A stretch of 64,000 nucleotides of DNA, taken from the IMG/VR virus record IMGVR_UViG_3300042731_008559, one strand, 5' to 3'. The translations under genes were made by a program, and so were the position numbers. The notes beneath the pieces were generated by a model. The model saw only the letters and a list, made by a program, of their open reading frames with translations, searched no databases and was not told the origin of the DNA. This stretch comes from an uncultured virus (IMG/VR IMGVR_UViG_3300042731_008559) (taxonomy: Duplodnaviria > Heunggongvirae > Uroviricota > Caudoviricetes). This document shows, piece after piece, positions 45,267 to 53,893 of the stretch. The first letter of the stretch is position 1; every line of letters begins with the position of its first letter.

Positions 45267-46847
45267 ATGTACGAGTACAACACAAAAGGTCGACAGCCGC
45301 TGGGTCTCATAAACCTGTCGCGTGCTCAGATCTTCAGCCAGGGCCTTGGCGCGATTCAGCCCTCAGAGGCTCAGCTCTTCAGCGGCATGGGAGCCATCCA
45401 GCCCTCCGAAGCTCAGCTCTTTGACGGGATGGGGGCTATCCAGCCCTCCGGTGCGAAGGTGTATCGATTTGGACCTGGAATCGTCCAGAGGACGAGGTCT
45501 CAGCTCGTTGGGAGCTGCGATCCATCGATCGAAGAATGCTGCGTCGGATGTCAGAACTCGGCTCTCTCTAACGTCGGAGTCGAGGAAAGGACAGGACACT
45601 CCTGGCTGTTCTGGGTTGGAATCGGCCTTGGTGTGGGCGGTGCGCTCTACTTGCTTACAAAAAGCGGCATCTTCGAAAACCCCAGGGACGTCACCGATTC
45701 CGAGGCGGCTCAGCAGGCCGCTGCACTCGCAGTGCAGGCAGGGCTTCCCACCATCCTTTGGGGGCCTCCTGGAATAGGGAAGTCGAGCTGGCTGGAAGCC
45801 CTCGGCGAAGCGATGAACGCCGAGGTCTTTACGGTCATCGGCTCAACCAAGGATCCAGCCGACATTGGCGGCATCATGAATCTCGAAGGCAGAACGATCC
45901 CGCCCATGTGGGCTCAGAAGATTCGCAAGCGTTCGGACCAGCGAAAGCGCTCGGTTCTGTTCCTGGACGAGTTCACGAGCATGAGCCCGCTCGTGCACGC
46001 CGCGCTGCTTCGAGTCGTTCGGGAAAAGATCGCCGGAGAGCTGAACTTCGACCCCACTGACAGGTATGTCTCAGTTGTCGCCGCCGCGAACGCCCCCGAG
46101 GAAGGTGCAGGCTCGATGGAGCTTCCTCCTCCGGCCGCTAACCGGCTCATTCATATCAAGTGGGTGCCGCCTTCTGTTGTGGAGTGGGGAGTGGGGCTTC
46201 TTTCTTCGGAGTGGCCAAAGCCTCAGCTCCCGGCACTCCCGAGAGACTGGAAGAGGACTCGTGAGGCTGTCAGCGCAGAGGAAGACGTCGCGGCTTTCGT
46301 CGCCTATCAGCAGAGGTACATGCTGGAACTGCCTGCGACATCGGCAGCAAGAGGCGAGGCATGGCCGAGCCCCAGGAGCTGGGAGATGGCTGCGGACGCT
46401 CTGGGCGCCGCCCGAGTCGTCAACGCTCCTCCCCAGGTCATCTTCAAGCTTGTCTCTGGTGCGGTCGGGATGCTGCCAGCCAAGAAGTTCTTCGATTGGC
46501 TCAACGACCGAGACGCTGTTGATGGACGAGACATTCTCGCAGCTCCCAAGAAATATGAGGTGCAGCTAGGTCGTCCTGACGTCCTCTATGCCGCCGCAAA
46601 CGCTGTCGTAAACGAGGTCAAGAAGTCGCCGTCGCGGGATGCCTGGGAGCGGGCTTGGGAGTTCATGGAGCACGCCAGGGCGAAGTCTGACAGGCCAGAG
46701 GTGCTGGCGCTCGCGGCCGACAGGCTGATGGCCTTGACCAAAGACAAGCGCTTCGTGGCAGCCATCAAGGACGCGGAGATTCCCGAAGACGAAATGCTCG
46801 ATGAGTATCGCGTCGAGGGTGTTCGAGTCTTCGGAGGTCTACGATGA
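45267..46847 (+). CDS. MoxR-type AAA+ ATPase with YEY leader, G[LM]G repeats and TM extension (copy A)
   Basis: Walker A GPPGIGKS, Walker B LFLDE, sensor-1 AAAN, Arg finger NR, WPSPRSW; N-terminal MYEYNTKG, TM WLFWVGIGLGVGG and ENP. Confidence 0.92.
   Translation: MYEYNTKGRQPLGLINLSRAQIFSQGLGAIQPSEAQLFSGMGAIQPSEAQLFDGMGAIQPSGAKVYRFGPGIVQRTRSQLVGSCDPSIEECCVGCQNSALSNVGVEERTGHSWLFWVGIGLGVGGALYLLTKSGIFENPRDVTDSEAAQQAAALAVQAGLPTILWGPPGIGKSSWLEALGEAMNAEVFTVIGSTKDPADIGGIMNLEGRTIPPMWAQKIRKRSDQRKRSVLFLDEFTSMSPLVHAALLRVVREKIAGELNFDPTDRYVSVVAAANAPEEGAGSMELPPPAANRLIHIKWVPPSVVEWGVGLLSSEWPKPQLPALPRDWKRTREAVSAEEDVAAFVAYQQRYMLELPATSAARGEAWPSPRSWEMAADALGAARVVNAPPQVIFKLVSGAVGMLPAKKFFDWLNDRDAVDGRDILAAPKKYEVQLGRPDVLYAAANAVVNEVKKSPSRDAWERAWEFMEHARAKSDRPEVLALAADRLMALTKDKRFVAAIKDAEIPEDEMLDEYRVEGVRVFGGLR
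45351..45450 (+). repeat. 42-bp tandem repeat (~2.4 copies) encoding AIQPSEAQLF[SD]GMG
   Basis: Units start at 45351, 45393 and 45435, with synonymous differences. Confidence 0.9.
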
Positions 46848-48307
46848 ACTATCGAGACGACAACGATGATGGGCGCTACGTAGCAGTTCGCCCTCCGCTC
46901 ACTGCCCAGCAGGTCATACCCCCGCAGATGGGGGCTATCGTACCCATATACGACGACGACTCTCCGATTGCGAGCTGCGCAGGGTGTAGTAACCTCGGAA
47001 CAGAAAATCCTGAGGACGGACAATTTGCTGGACGCCCCTGGTGGTTTTGGGTTGGGATCGGCGTTGGTGTTGGAGCCGGCATCTACTTCGTCAAGCGCTC
47101 CCGTATTCTTCGCAATCCCGATGAGCTGAGTGAGGCTCAGATCGCACAGCAGGCTGCTGCAATCGCCGTCCAGTCCGGTGTCCCAACCATCTTGTGGGGC
47201 GCTCCTGGTATCGGTAAAACGACCTGGCTGGAAGCTCTCGGCGAAGCGATGGATGCCGAGGTCTTCACCGTTATTGGCTCGACGAAAGACCCGGCAGACA
47301 TCGGCGGCATCATGAAGCTCGATGGCTCGCTGGTCCCACCAGTTTGGGCTCAGGAGATCAGGGCCAGGGCCGATCAGGGTAAGCGCTCGGTTCTGTTCCT
47401 GGACGAGTTCACGAGCATGAGCCCACTCGTTCATGCCGCTATGCTGCGGGTGGTGCGCGAGAAGATCGCTGGGGAGCTGAACTTCGATCCGAAGAGCGGG
47501 CCGCTCCGTGGAGAGGCATGCAGTGTCGTCGCCGCCGCGAATCCGTCTGGAGAGGGTGCTGGAGCCATCGACTTGCCGCCGCCAGCGGCAAACCGGATGC
47601 TCCACATCAAGTGGCCAGAGCCCTCTGGGATCATCTGGGGTCTCGGTCTGATGCTCGGGTGGGCCAGGCCTCGCTTGTTCTCACTTCCGAAGGACTGGCG
47701 AAAGACTTCAGAGGCCATGAGCGCCAAGGAGGATATTGCGGCCTTCCTTCGTCGTCGTGAAGAGCTTTTCATGATGATGCCGAAGACGCAGACAGAGCGC
47801 GGCCTTGCGTGGCCGAGCCCGCGAACCTGGGACATGGCGGCAGAAGCCCTCGGGGCAGGACGTGCTGTCTGGGCTCCGATGGACGTTCAGGCGCTGCTTG
47901 TCAAGGGGTGCGTGGGTGAAGGTCCAGGCGGCGAGTTCATGAACTGGATCAAGGAGAGAGACCTGCCAGACGCAGAAGAGGTCATGCTCGATCCAACCAT
48001 CTGGGACGTGAAGAACGCCCGCAGCGATCAGATCTACGCTGTCGGTCAGTCGCTCGTCGCGGCGGTACAGCGAAAGCCCTCAGAAGAGCGTTTCCTTCAG
48101 GCGTGGGATGTCGTCGGTTACGTCGTCGACGAGACAAACAAGGTCGACGCAATGTTTACGACGGTCCTCGATCTGACCAAGATCGCTACGAGTGATCGCT
48201 ATCCACAGATCAAGGGCACGAAGCCGCCGAGCCGCCTGGTGAAGAAGTTCTTCCCCATGATGAAAAAGGTCGGCGTCTTGAAGGGTCTGGCGAAGAAAAA
48301 GAAGTAG
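46844..48307 (+). CDS. MoxR-type AAA+ ATPase with N-terminal leader and TM (copy B)
   Basis: GAPGIGKT, LFLDE, AAAN, NR, WPSPRTW; CAGCSNLG, TM WWFWVGIGVGVGAG and RNP. Confidence 0.92.
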   Translation: MNYRDDNDDGRYVAVRPPLTAQQVIPPQMGAIVPIYDDDSPIASCAGCSNLGTENPEDGQFAGRPWWFWVGIGVGVGAGIYFVKRSRILRNPDELSEAQIAQQAAAIAVQSGVPTILWGAPGIGKTTWLEALGEAMDAEVFTVIGSTKDPADIGGIMKLDGSLVPPVWAQEIRARADQGKRSVLFLDEFTSMSPLVHAAMLRVVREKIAGELNFDPKSGPLRGEACSVVAAANPSGEGAGAIDLPPPAANRMLHIKWPEPSGIIWGLGLMLGWARPRLFSLPKDWRKTSEAMSAKEDIAAFLRRREELFMMMPKTQTERGLAWPSPRTWDMAAEALGAGRAVWAPMDVQALLVKGCVGEGPGGEFMNWIKERDLPDAEEVMLDPTIWDVKNARSDQIYAVGQSLVAAVQRKPSEERFLQAWDVVGYVVDETNKVDAMFTTVLDLTKIATSDRYPQIKGTKPPSRLVKKFFPMMKKVGVLKGLAKKKK

Positions 48308-48309
48308 GG

Positions 48310-49050
48310 ATGGCCATTGTCACGGAGATACGCTGCGGAGGTGGAGTACACGAGGTCGAAGTAGACCGCGGTGGATTAACCATCTTCGATTTTGACTACG
48401 ACGAGGAGGCCGTTCTCGTCGAGATGGGTTACTCCGGTAGCCCCTGCTACCAGGCTATCAACTTCTACCCCACCAAGCCTCTCTACGTCCTCATGATGCT
48501 TCAGAGGGGGCTTTGGGCAACGGAAGATTACGGAGTCGGCATTCTCCCATACGAGGCCTGGGTGCAGCTAGGGATTGACTATGTCCATCACATCGATTGG
48601 GTATTCTCTGAACGCGGGCAGCAGCAGCACTTTGAAATGTTCGCGGAGGCTGAGCACCCCTGGTTTTACAGTGCCGTGAGAGCGGTAGAGGGTTCGCTGG
48701 AGGGTCGTTTTACAACGATGATGCTCGACAAGGTTCGGAAAAACCTTCGAGATCAAGGGCTGTATGTCGGTCATCCACCTGCTGCGTACCACGCCAATAA
48801 AAGTGCCGTTCAGCTCATCAACGCTGCAGAGTGGCTCGTTGCCATCTCGCTACCAAAGGTTCGGGCAAAGGCCGAAAAGAACTTTTTCAAGTACATCTTC
48901 GAGGTCAGCTCGCAAGCACAAGAGGCCGTGAGGAACAAGGCCATTCAGGAGAACGAAGATCCTGACAAGGCGGAGATGGAAGAGAAGAAGTGGCAGCTCG
49001 ATCACACGCTCGACTTCATCGAGCGATACCATGAGGAGACGTCACCATGA
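48310..49050 (+). CDS. EMGY-domain protein 3, helical Imm5-like body
   Basis: EIRCGGG..DYDEEAVLVEMGYSGSPC; ends EKKWQLDHTL; lies between MoxR and vWA genes. Confidence 0.85.
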   Translation: MAIVTEIRCGGGVHEVEVDRGGLTIFDFDYDEEAVLVEMGYSGSPCYQAINFYPTKPLYVLMMLQRGLWATEDYGVGILPYEAWVQLGIDYVHHIDWVFSERGQQQHFEMFAEAEHPWFYSAVRAVEGSLEGRFTTMMLDKVRKNLRDQGLYVGHPPAAYHANKSAVQLINAAEWLVAISLPKVRAKAEKNFFKYIFEVSSQAQEAVRNKAIQENEDPDKAEMEEKKWQLDHTLDFIERYHEETSP

Positions 49051-50780
49051 CGATTCGAATGATCAACCCAGGAAGGCCTCGAAGGGGGCGAAACCCTGGT
49101 GACCCATATGAGCTGGTGCGGGCAGCGCGCCTTTTTCTGCTCAGGGCATCGCAGCGGCCCTATCTCGCGACAGCAGCGATGACGCTTCGCATGGTGCACG
49201 ACAAAAGCATCCCGACAGCGGCTGTCGATTCGAGCTGGCGGATGTACTTCAACGATGAGTTTTTGGACAGGGCAGGTGTCGAAGCTGGCGCGGCTGTCAT
49301 GGAGCATGAGCTGTGGCACCTGCTCCGTCGTCACGGAGAGCGCGCCCGAAAACTGAACGTGCCCCGCGATCTGGCGAAGGTCTGGAACTTCGCGGCAGAC
49401 GCGGAGATCCATTCTGACGATACGCTCGTGAAACGGCTCAAAGAGATTCCTGGATTCGAGCCGATCACTCCAGAGAGCTTCAACTTCGAAAAGGGGCTGC
49501 TGGCGGAGGAGTATTACGAAATGCTCCTCGAAGCTCCAAAGGGCGATGTCTTCGGTGAGACGCCTGACGGCGACGTCAAGGTGTACAAGCGAACCATCAT
49601 CAAGGTGAAGAAGCCTGGGAAAGAACCGCCTCCCGAGCCGCCGCAAGAAGGAGAAGAAGACGAGCCGCCGCCAGTTGGTCCTCCGCCGGATCCGGTTATT
49701 GTCTATGAGTACGAAGAACCCTGGACAGGAGAGCGGCCTCCAGGGACGAAACCTCCTTATGTCATTTACGATCCTCGCCTGCCTCAAGAAGGAGAAGAAG
49801 GCGTAGGAGAGAGAGGTCAGCCGGTAGAGGGCGAAGGTGATTTCGAAGAAGGCGAAGGTGAAGGCGAAGGCGAAGGTAAGAGCGCTGAAGACAAGTACGA
49901 CGAGGGAGAGCAGGTCGAGCAGGGGCAGACCACAGGTGGTGAGCCTAGCTCCACGCCGCATGTCGGAGAGGGCGATTGTGGTTCATCCGCAACTGGTATC
50001 CCGGCTCCCTGGGAGGATGAGCCCGACGACTTCGTTGATCGATCGCAAGAGGACTTCATCCGAAAAAAAACGGCCGACAAGGTCATCGAGGAGTCAGCTA
50101 CGGGTCGTGGAACGGGCGTGGGCTCGACAATAGTTCAGTGGGCCGAAGAAGAGCTTTCGCCATCTGCGGTGAATTGGCAGCAGCAGCTCCGAAGCGCTGT
50201 CTCGAACGCTATCAACTTTGTGGCAGGTTCTTTCGAGTTCTCTCGCCGTCGCGTGAGCCGGCGCCAATGGCACCAGAAAGACATTCTACTCCCAGGCCTC
50301 GTTCACCCTGTGCCTGAGGTGGCAATCATCATCGATGTCTCCGCCTCGATGTTCGCCGCGTTCAACGATGGCAGCGCCAAGGCGAAGGGGAATTACACGC
50401 TCCTCGAACAGGCGATGGGAGAAGTTGCAGAAATTGTCAGGCAGTTCGGTTCGACGATAGGTGTCAGTGTCTTCGCGACGGACACGACGGTCTCGTGGAC
50501 TGGTCGGATTTTTAACCCGTCTGACATTCAGAAGTATCTGAGTGAGGCAAAGATCGGCGGCGGAACAGACCTGACAGTTGGGATGAACGCTGCCTATCAT
50601 TCGCAGCCCCGCCCGAACATCATGGTAGTCCTGACGGACGGTGGCACTCTCTGGCCCGACTCTCCGCCGCCCAACATGCGGGTTGTTATCGGTATCGTCG
50701 GAAGCGATGAGGCGCAGATGGAGAGGTGGGGCGGAATACCACCGTTCGGTGATGTCATCTACATCACCTCTGGCAAGTGA
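49047..50780 (+). CDS. DUF2201-type protein: HExxH metallopeptidase-like domain, P/E/G-rich linker, vWA (MIDAS) domain
   Basis: TAAVD, HELWH, WNFAADAEI; GDCGS; DVSAS, GGGTD and LTDG. Confidence 0.9.
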   Translation: MTIRMINPGRPRRGRNPGDPYELVRAARLFLLRASQRPYLATAAMTLRMVHDKSIPTAAVDSSWRMYFNDEFLDRAGVEAGAAVMEHELWHLLRRHGERARKLNVPRDLAKVWNFAADAEIHSDDTLVKRLKEIPGFEPITPESFNFEKGLLAEEYYEMLLEAPKGDVFGETPDGDVKVYKRTIIKVKKPGKEPPPEPPQEGEEDEPPPVGPPPDPVIVYEYEEPWTGERPPGTKPPYVIYDPRLPQEGEEGVGERGQPVEGEGDFEEGEGEGEGEGKSAEDKYDEGEQVEQGQTTGGEPSSTPHVGEGDCGSSATGIPAPWEDEPDDFVDRSQEDFIRKKTADKVIEESATGRGTGVGSTIVQWAEEELSPSAVNWQQQLRSAVSNAINFVAGSFEFSRRRVSRRQWHQKDILLPGLVHPVPEVAIIIDVSASMFAAFNDGSAKAKGNYTLLEQAMGEVAEIVRQFGSTIGVSVFATDTTVSWTGRIFNPSDIQKYLSEAKIGGGTDLTVGMNAAYHSQPRPNIMVVLTDGGTLWPDSPPPNMRVVIGIVGSDEAQMERWGGIPPFGDVIYITSGK

Positions 50781-51517
50781 GCGATGGGGGTGAACTCGTG
50801 TCCTTCGTACTTGCTGCCCGATGCGACGACCAAATCGTCGATGCCCAAGTCGACGATGACGGCGATTTGACCCTCGACTACGACCTCGAAGAAGACATCG
50901 CGCTCGAAGAGATGGGGTATCCAGCGTCGGACTGCCTTAGTCTCGTCCGAGAGTTCGAGGATGAGCCCGTCAAGGCTCTTCTCAGTAATGAGGCGTTGCT
51001 CATTCCTGAGGCGGATAGGGTGCTGTTGGCGATTGGCATAGCGGACCATGCGATCGAGAGATTCGGGAGGTATCACGGAAAAGACTATTTTTCGGACTCT
51101 CCTGAAAAAAGACTCGCTTTGAGAGACATCATTATGATGTCCGGAAATATAACGAGGGCTTCACAGGCTTATCGCTTGCTTGAAAGAGCAAGGGGGGAGG
51201 TAAAACTCGCCGAGCATCGCAAGGATGTTTCTGAAGCAGACAAGGCTTTCAGAATCGCCTACAGCGATGAGCTGATCGCCACTGCCGTCCGAGAGGCGAT
51301 GAAGGCTCTTCATGCTCACCTCTACGGACATACACAGCTCGCCGGGCCAGCTCCCGTGCTTGTGCGGAAGTTTTCGCAGGACACAGCGTCTTATACAAGG
51401 CAGTCAGCGACGCAGCAGGGTATGGCTGAGCGAGACCAGAAAGCTTACGGCAACGAGTACCAATGGCAGCTCGACTACATTCTCGACTATTTTTCTGACC
51501 AGGAGGATGAGGAATGA
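50777..51517 (+). CDS. EMGY-domain protein 4, Imm5-like body
   Basis: RCDD..DGDLTLDYDLEEDIALEEMGYPASDC; IADHAI; EYQWQLDYIL. Confidence 0.85.
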   Translation: MSDGGELVSFVLAARCDDQIVDAQVDDDGDLTLDYDLEEDIALEEMGYPASDCLSLVREFEDEPVKALLSNEALLIPEADRVLLAIGIADHAIERFGRYHGKDYFSDSPEKRLALRDIIMMSGNITRASQAYRLLERARGEVKLAEHRKDVSEADKAFRIAYSDELIATAVREAMKALHAHLYGHTQLAGPAPVLVRKFSQDTASYTRQSATQQGMAERDQKAYGNEYQWQLDYILDYFSDQEDEE

Positions 51518-52278
51518 GTATCTTCCTGCAGCTCCCCTGCGAAGAGGATGGTCTCGCCACCATCGAAATTACGAGCGATGGTGAGATGGTTTTTGTCGAC
51601 TACGACATCGAGCAAGATGTTGTCCTTGAAGAGATGGGCTACGAGACGCCTCTGTGCCTTGAAATACTGAGGGAGTGGGAGAGGGCGCCGATCGATTTTC
51701 TCTGTCGCTCTGACATCATTCCGACAAACCTCCTCGGCTTCGTCACCTGTCAATGGGCTGCCGAGGCATTAGCGCGAAACGAGGCGTTGCTCAACCAGAG
51801 CATCGGATGCGTCAAGCAAATGAAATCTCTCCTCGGAGCGTGTCGACGTTTTTGGTCCGCGAAGAGGGGAATGCCGCTCAAGCGAGTCTACTCGGCGAAA
51901 CAGCAGGTATTTGATTGCTGGAACGCCTATGTCAACAAGAGGCGAGAGAGCTTTGCGGGGTCGAACTGGCGCCCACCTTTTGCAGGTGAGAGGACGCTCG
52001 ATGCAGTTCTCGGTTGTGCATCGGTGATTGCCGAGTATGTCAACGAGATCGAAATGGTGGGCGGTCTTCAAACTCCGCTACAGCTCCCCTGCGAGGTGGC
52101 AAAAGCAGCAATGCAATCCATAGTCATCCACTATCCAACGGTCGCATCGCATCGCCACCCATTTGAATCAGATCACAAAATATTCACCGAGTCAGTCTGG
52201 ATGATCCAGGAGGAGATCGATGAGGTGAATCAGAAGCTGGCGCTCGCAGCGCTCAGGGTTCTCGAAAGGCACGGCTGA
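51514..52278 (+). CDS. EMGY-domain protein 5
   Basis: LPCEEDG..DYDIEQDVVLEEMGYETPLC. Confidence 0.85.
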   Translation: MSIFLQLPCEEDGLATIEITSDGEMVFVDYDIEQDVVLEEMGYETPLCLEILREWERAPIDFLCRSDIIPTNLLGFVTCQWAAEALARNEALLNQSIGCVKQMKSLLGACRRFWSAKRGMPLKRVYSAKQQVFDCWNAYVNKRRESFAGSNWRPPFAGERTLDAVLGCASVIAEYVNEIEMVGGLQTPLQLPCEVAKAAMQSIVIHYPTVASHRHPFESDHKIFTESVWMIQEEIDEVNQKLALAALRVLERHG

Positions 52279-53123
52279 TGGGCATTCTGCTGAAGATAGA
52301 GTGCGACGGCGAGATTCAGAACGTGGAGGTGACAGGATCTGGAGACCTCGTCTTTGAGGAGTTCGACATCGAAGACGCGCTTGTTCTCGTCGAGATGGGT
52401 TACGAGCCTGACCTCTGTGCAAAAACCTATCTCAAGTGGCAGACCAATCCGTTTAAAACACTGTTCGCGCTATTCAGGTGGGAGGACAACGAATACTGGA
52501 CGTCGGGGCCTTGGTACGACATCAAGGCAGAAACCGGCTTCATTTGGGTGAAGCGAGCGCTCACCATTCTCAAGAAGATCGGAAGCCCACCGTTTGTCGT
52601 CGCGCACCCAATAGCCTCTTACTTCCGCGGTGGCGAAGATGAGCCGGATTACTACCAGGTCGACCCAGTGGAGTGGGTTGAGGGGCTCAAGGAGATCTAC
52701 GGAGAGCTGTACGATTTCGATCCAGACCTCGGAACCGACGACAGAAAGGCGAAGAGAGACCTCGAAAAGCACAACAGGTTTATGGGGCGCGCGGTCAGCG
52801 ACGCAAACTTTGAGCAATCAGAGAAGAACGATATTCCTTGGAAGACGGACTACTCACGCTACCCACAATTTGTCCTCAAGGCCAGGTTCTATGCCGCCAG
52901 TGCGCTCTTCGCCCTTGGTCAGATGATCAGAAATGACAACGATGCCCGACTCGAAAGAGCACACTCAAATTTCGAGGAGATCCAGAAGTATATCGGCCTC
53001 GCCGCCATCTACGAGGCCGCACTGGACGGAGCCACGAAGTCAGAAGCGGCTGACTTTTCCTATGAGACGCGCCGGCAGCTCATCGGTCAGTTCGTCCAGG
53101 TTCTTGAACGGAGGCATTCATAG
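52278..53123 (+). CDS. EMGY-domain protein 6
   Basis: IECDGE..FDIEDALVLVEMGYEPDLC. Confidence 0.85.
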   Translation: MGILLKIECDGEIQNVEVTGSGDLVFEEFDIEDALVLVEMGYEPDLCAKTYLKWQTNPFKTLFALFRWEDNEYWTSGPWYDIKAETGFIWVKRALTILKKIGSPPFVVAHPIASYFRGGEDEPDYYQVDPVEWVEGLKEIYGELYDFDPDLGTDDRKAKRDLEKHNRFMGRAVSDANFEQSEKNDIPWKTDYSRYPQFVLKARFYAASALFALGQMIRNDNDARLERAHSNFEEIQKYIGLAAIYEAALDGATKSEAADFSYETRRQLIGQFVQVLERRHS

Positions 53124-53125
53124 CC

Positions 53126-53893
53126 ATGGACACCTTCTATCTCCAGGATGGTGATGAGGTCCACAGGGTCGATGTTGAGGGTGCAAGGGACATCTACGTT
53201 TTCGCCGATCATGGAGATGAGGAAATCGCGGAAGACCGAGTCCTGGTCGAGATGGGCTACGAACCAGGGAGCCAGTGTTCGAGGTTCGTGGGGATGCTTG
53301 GCGATCGGCACTTCATTGAGGCGTTTACGACCTCGGAAATCTGGTCTCCGGAGGTCGTCGCGCGTTTCCTGATTGAGCTGGCGCGTTCCTGGTCAATCCC
53401 AGCACTGCCGCCAGAGAACTACACCTTTACTGTCTCCACCTATCGTTCCAAGGGGAGCGGAAGCTTCGATGATTTCGAGATAACGCCTGAAGTATTTGTT
53501 GACAGGTCCGAGTCGTTCCTGGACATGGTGACCAAAGAGCACAGGTATATGGACCCGGATGACGACGAGGACTTCGATGACCTGCATCACACGATTGCGG
53601 CGTACTACGACATCGCTCGTATCCGTGACAATGAGGTGGTGGAGAATAACGCTGTATCGTCCCTGGATTACATGCTGCGCTGTGTTGGGGATCTTTGGGC
53701 TGGGGCCTATAACGTCGAGGCCTTCTACAAAAACGCGAGGCGGTCTATAACCGAAGCTCTTCATGTCGCGCTGTATTCCGGTCGTCAGGAAGCGCTGGGG
53801 GGTGATGAGTTATCGGTGGCCGTGTTCTTTGTAGTCTCTGATCTCCTTCGCATTACTTCCCGTGTAACCCAAGCGCATAAGGATGAGCTGTGA
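53126..53893 (+). CDS. EMGY-domain protein 7
   Basis: EDRVLVEMGYEPGSQC. Confidence 0.85.
   Translation: MDTFYLQDGDEVHRVDVEGARDIYVFADHGDEEIAEDRVLVEMGYEPGSQCSRFVGMLGDRHFIEAFTTSEIWSPEVVARFLIELARSWSIPALPPENYTFTVSTYRSKGSGSFDDFEITPEVFVDRSESFLDMVTKEHRYMDPDDDEDFDDLHHTIAAYYDIARIRDNEVVENNAVSSLDYMLRCVGDLWAGAYNVEAFYKNARRSITEALHVALYSGRQEALGGDELSVAVFFVVSDLLRITSRVTQAHKDEL

Noticed and set aside
45267..50780. Cobaltochelatase CobS/CobT or RavA/ViaA gene names
   Set aside because: Only superfamily-level motifs are visible; there are no cobalamin genes, and the partner has the HExxH+vWA DUF2201 layout
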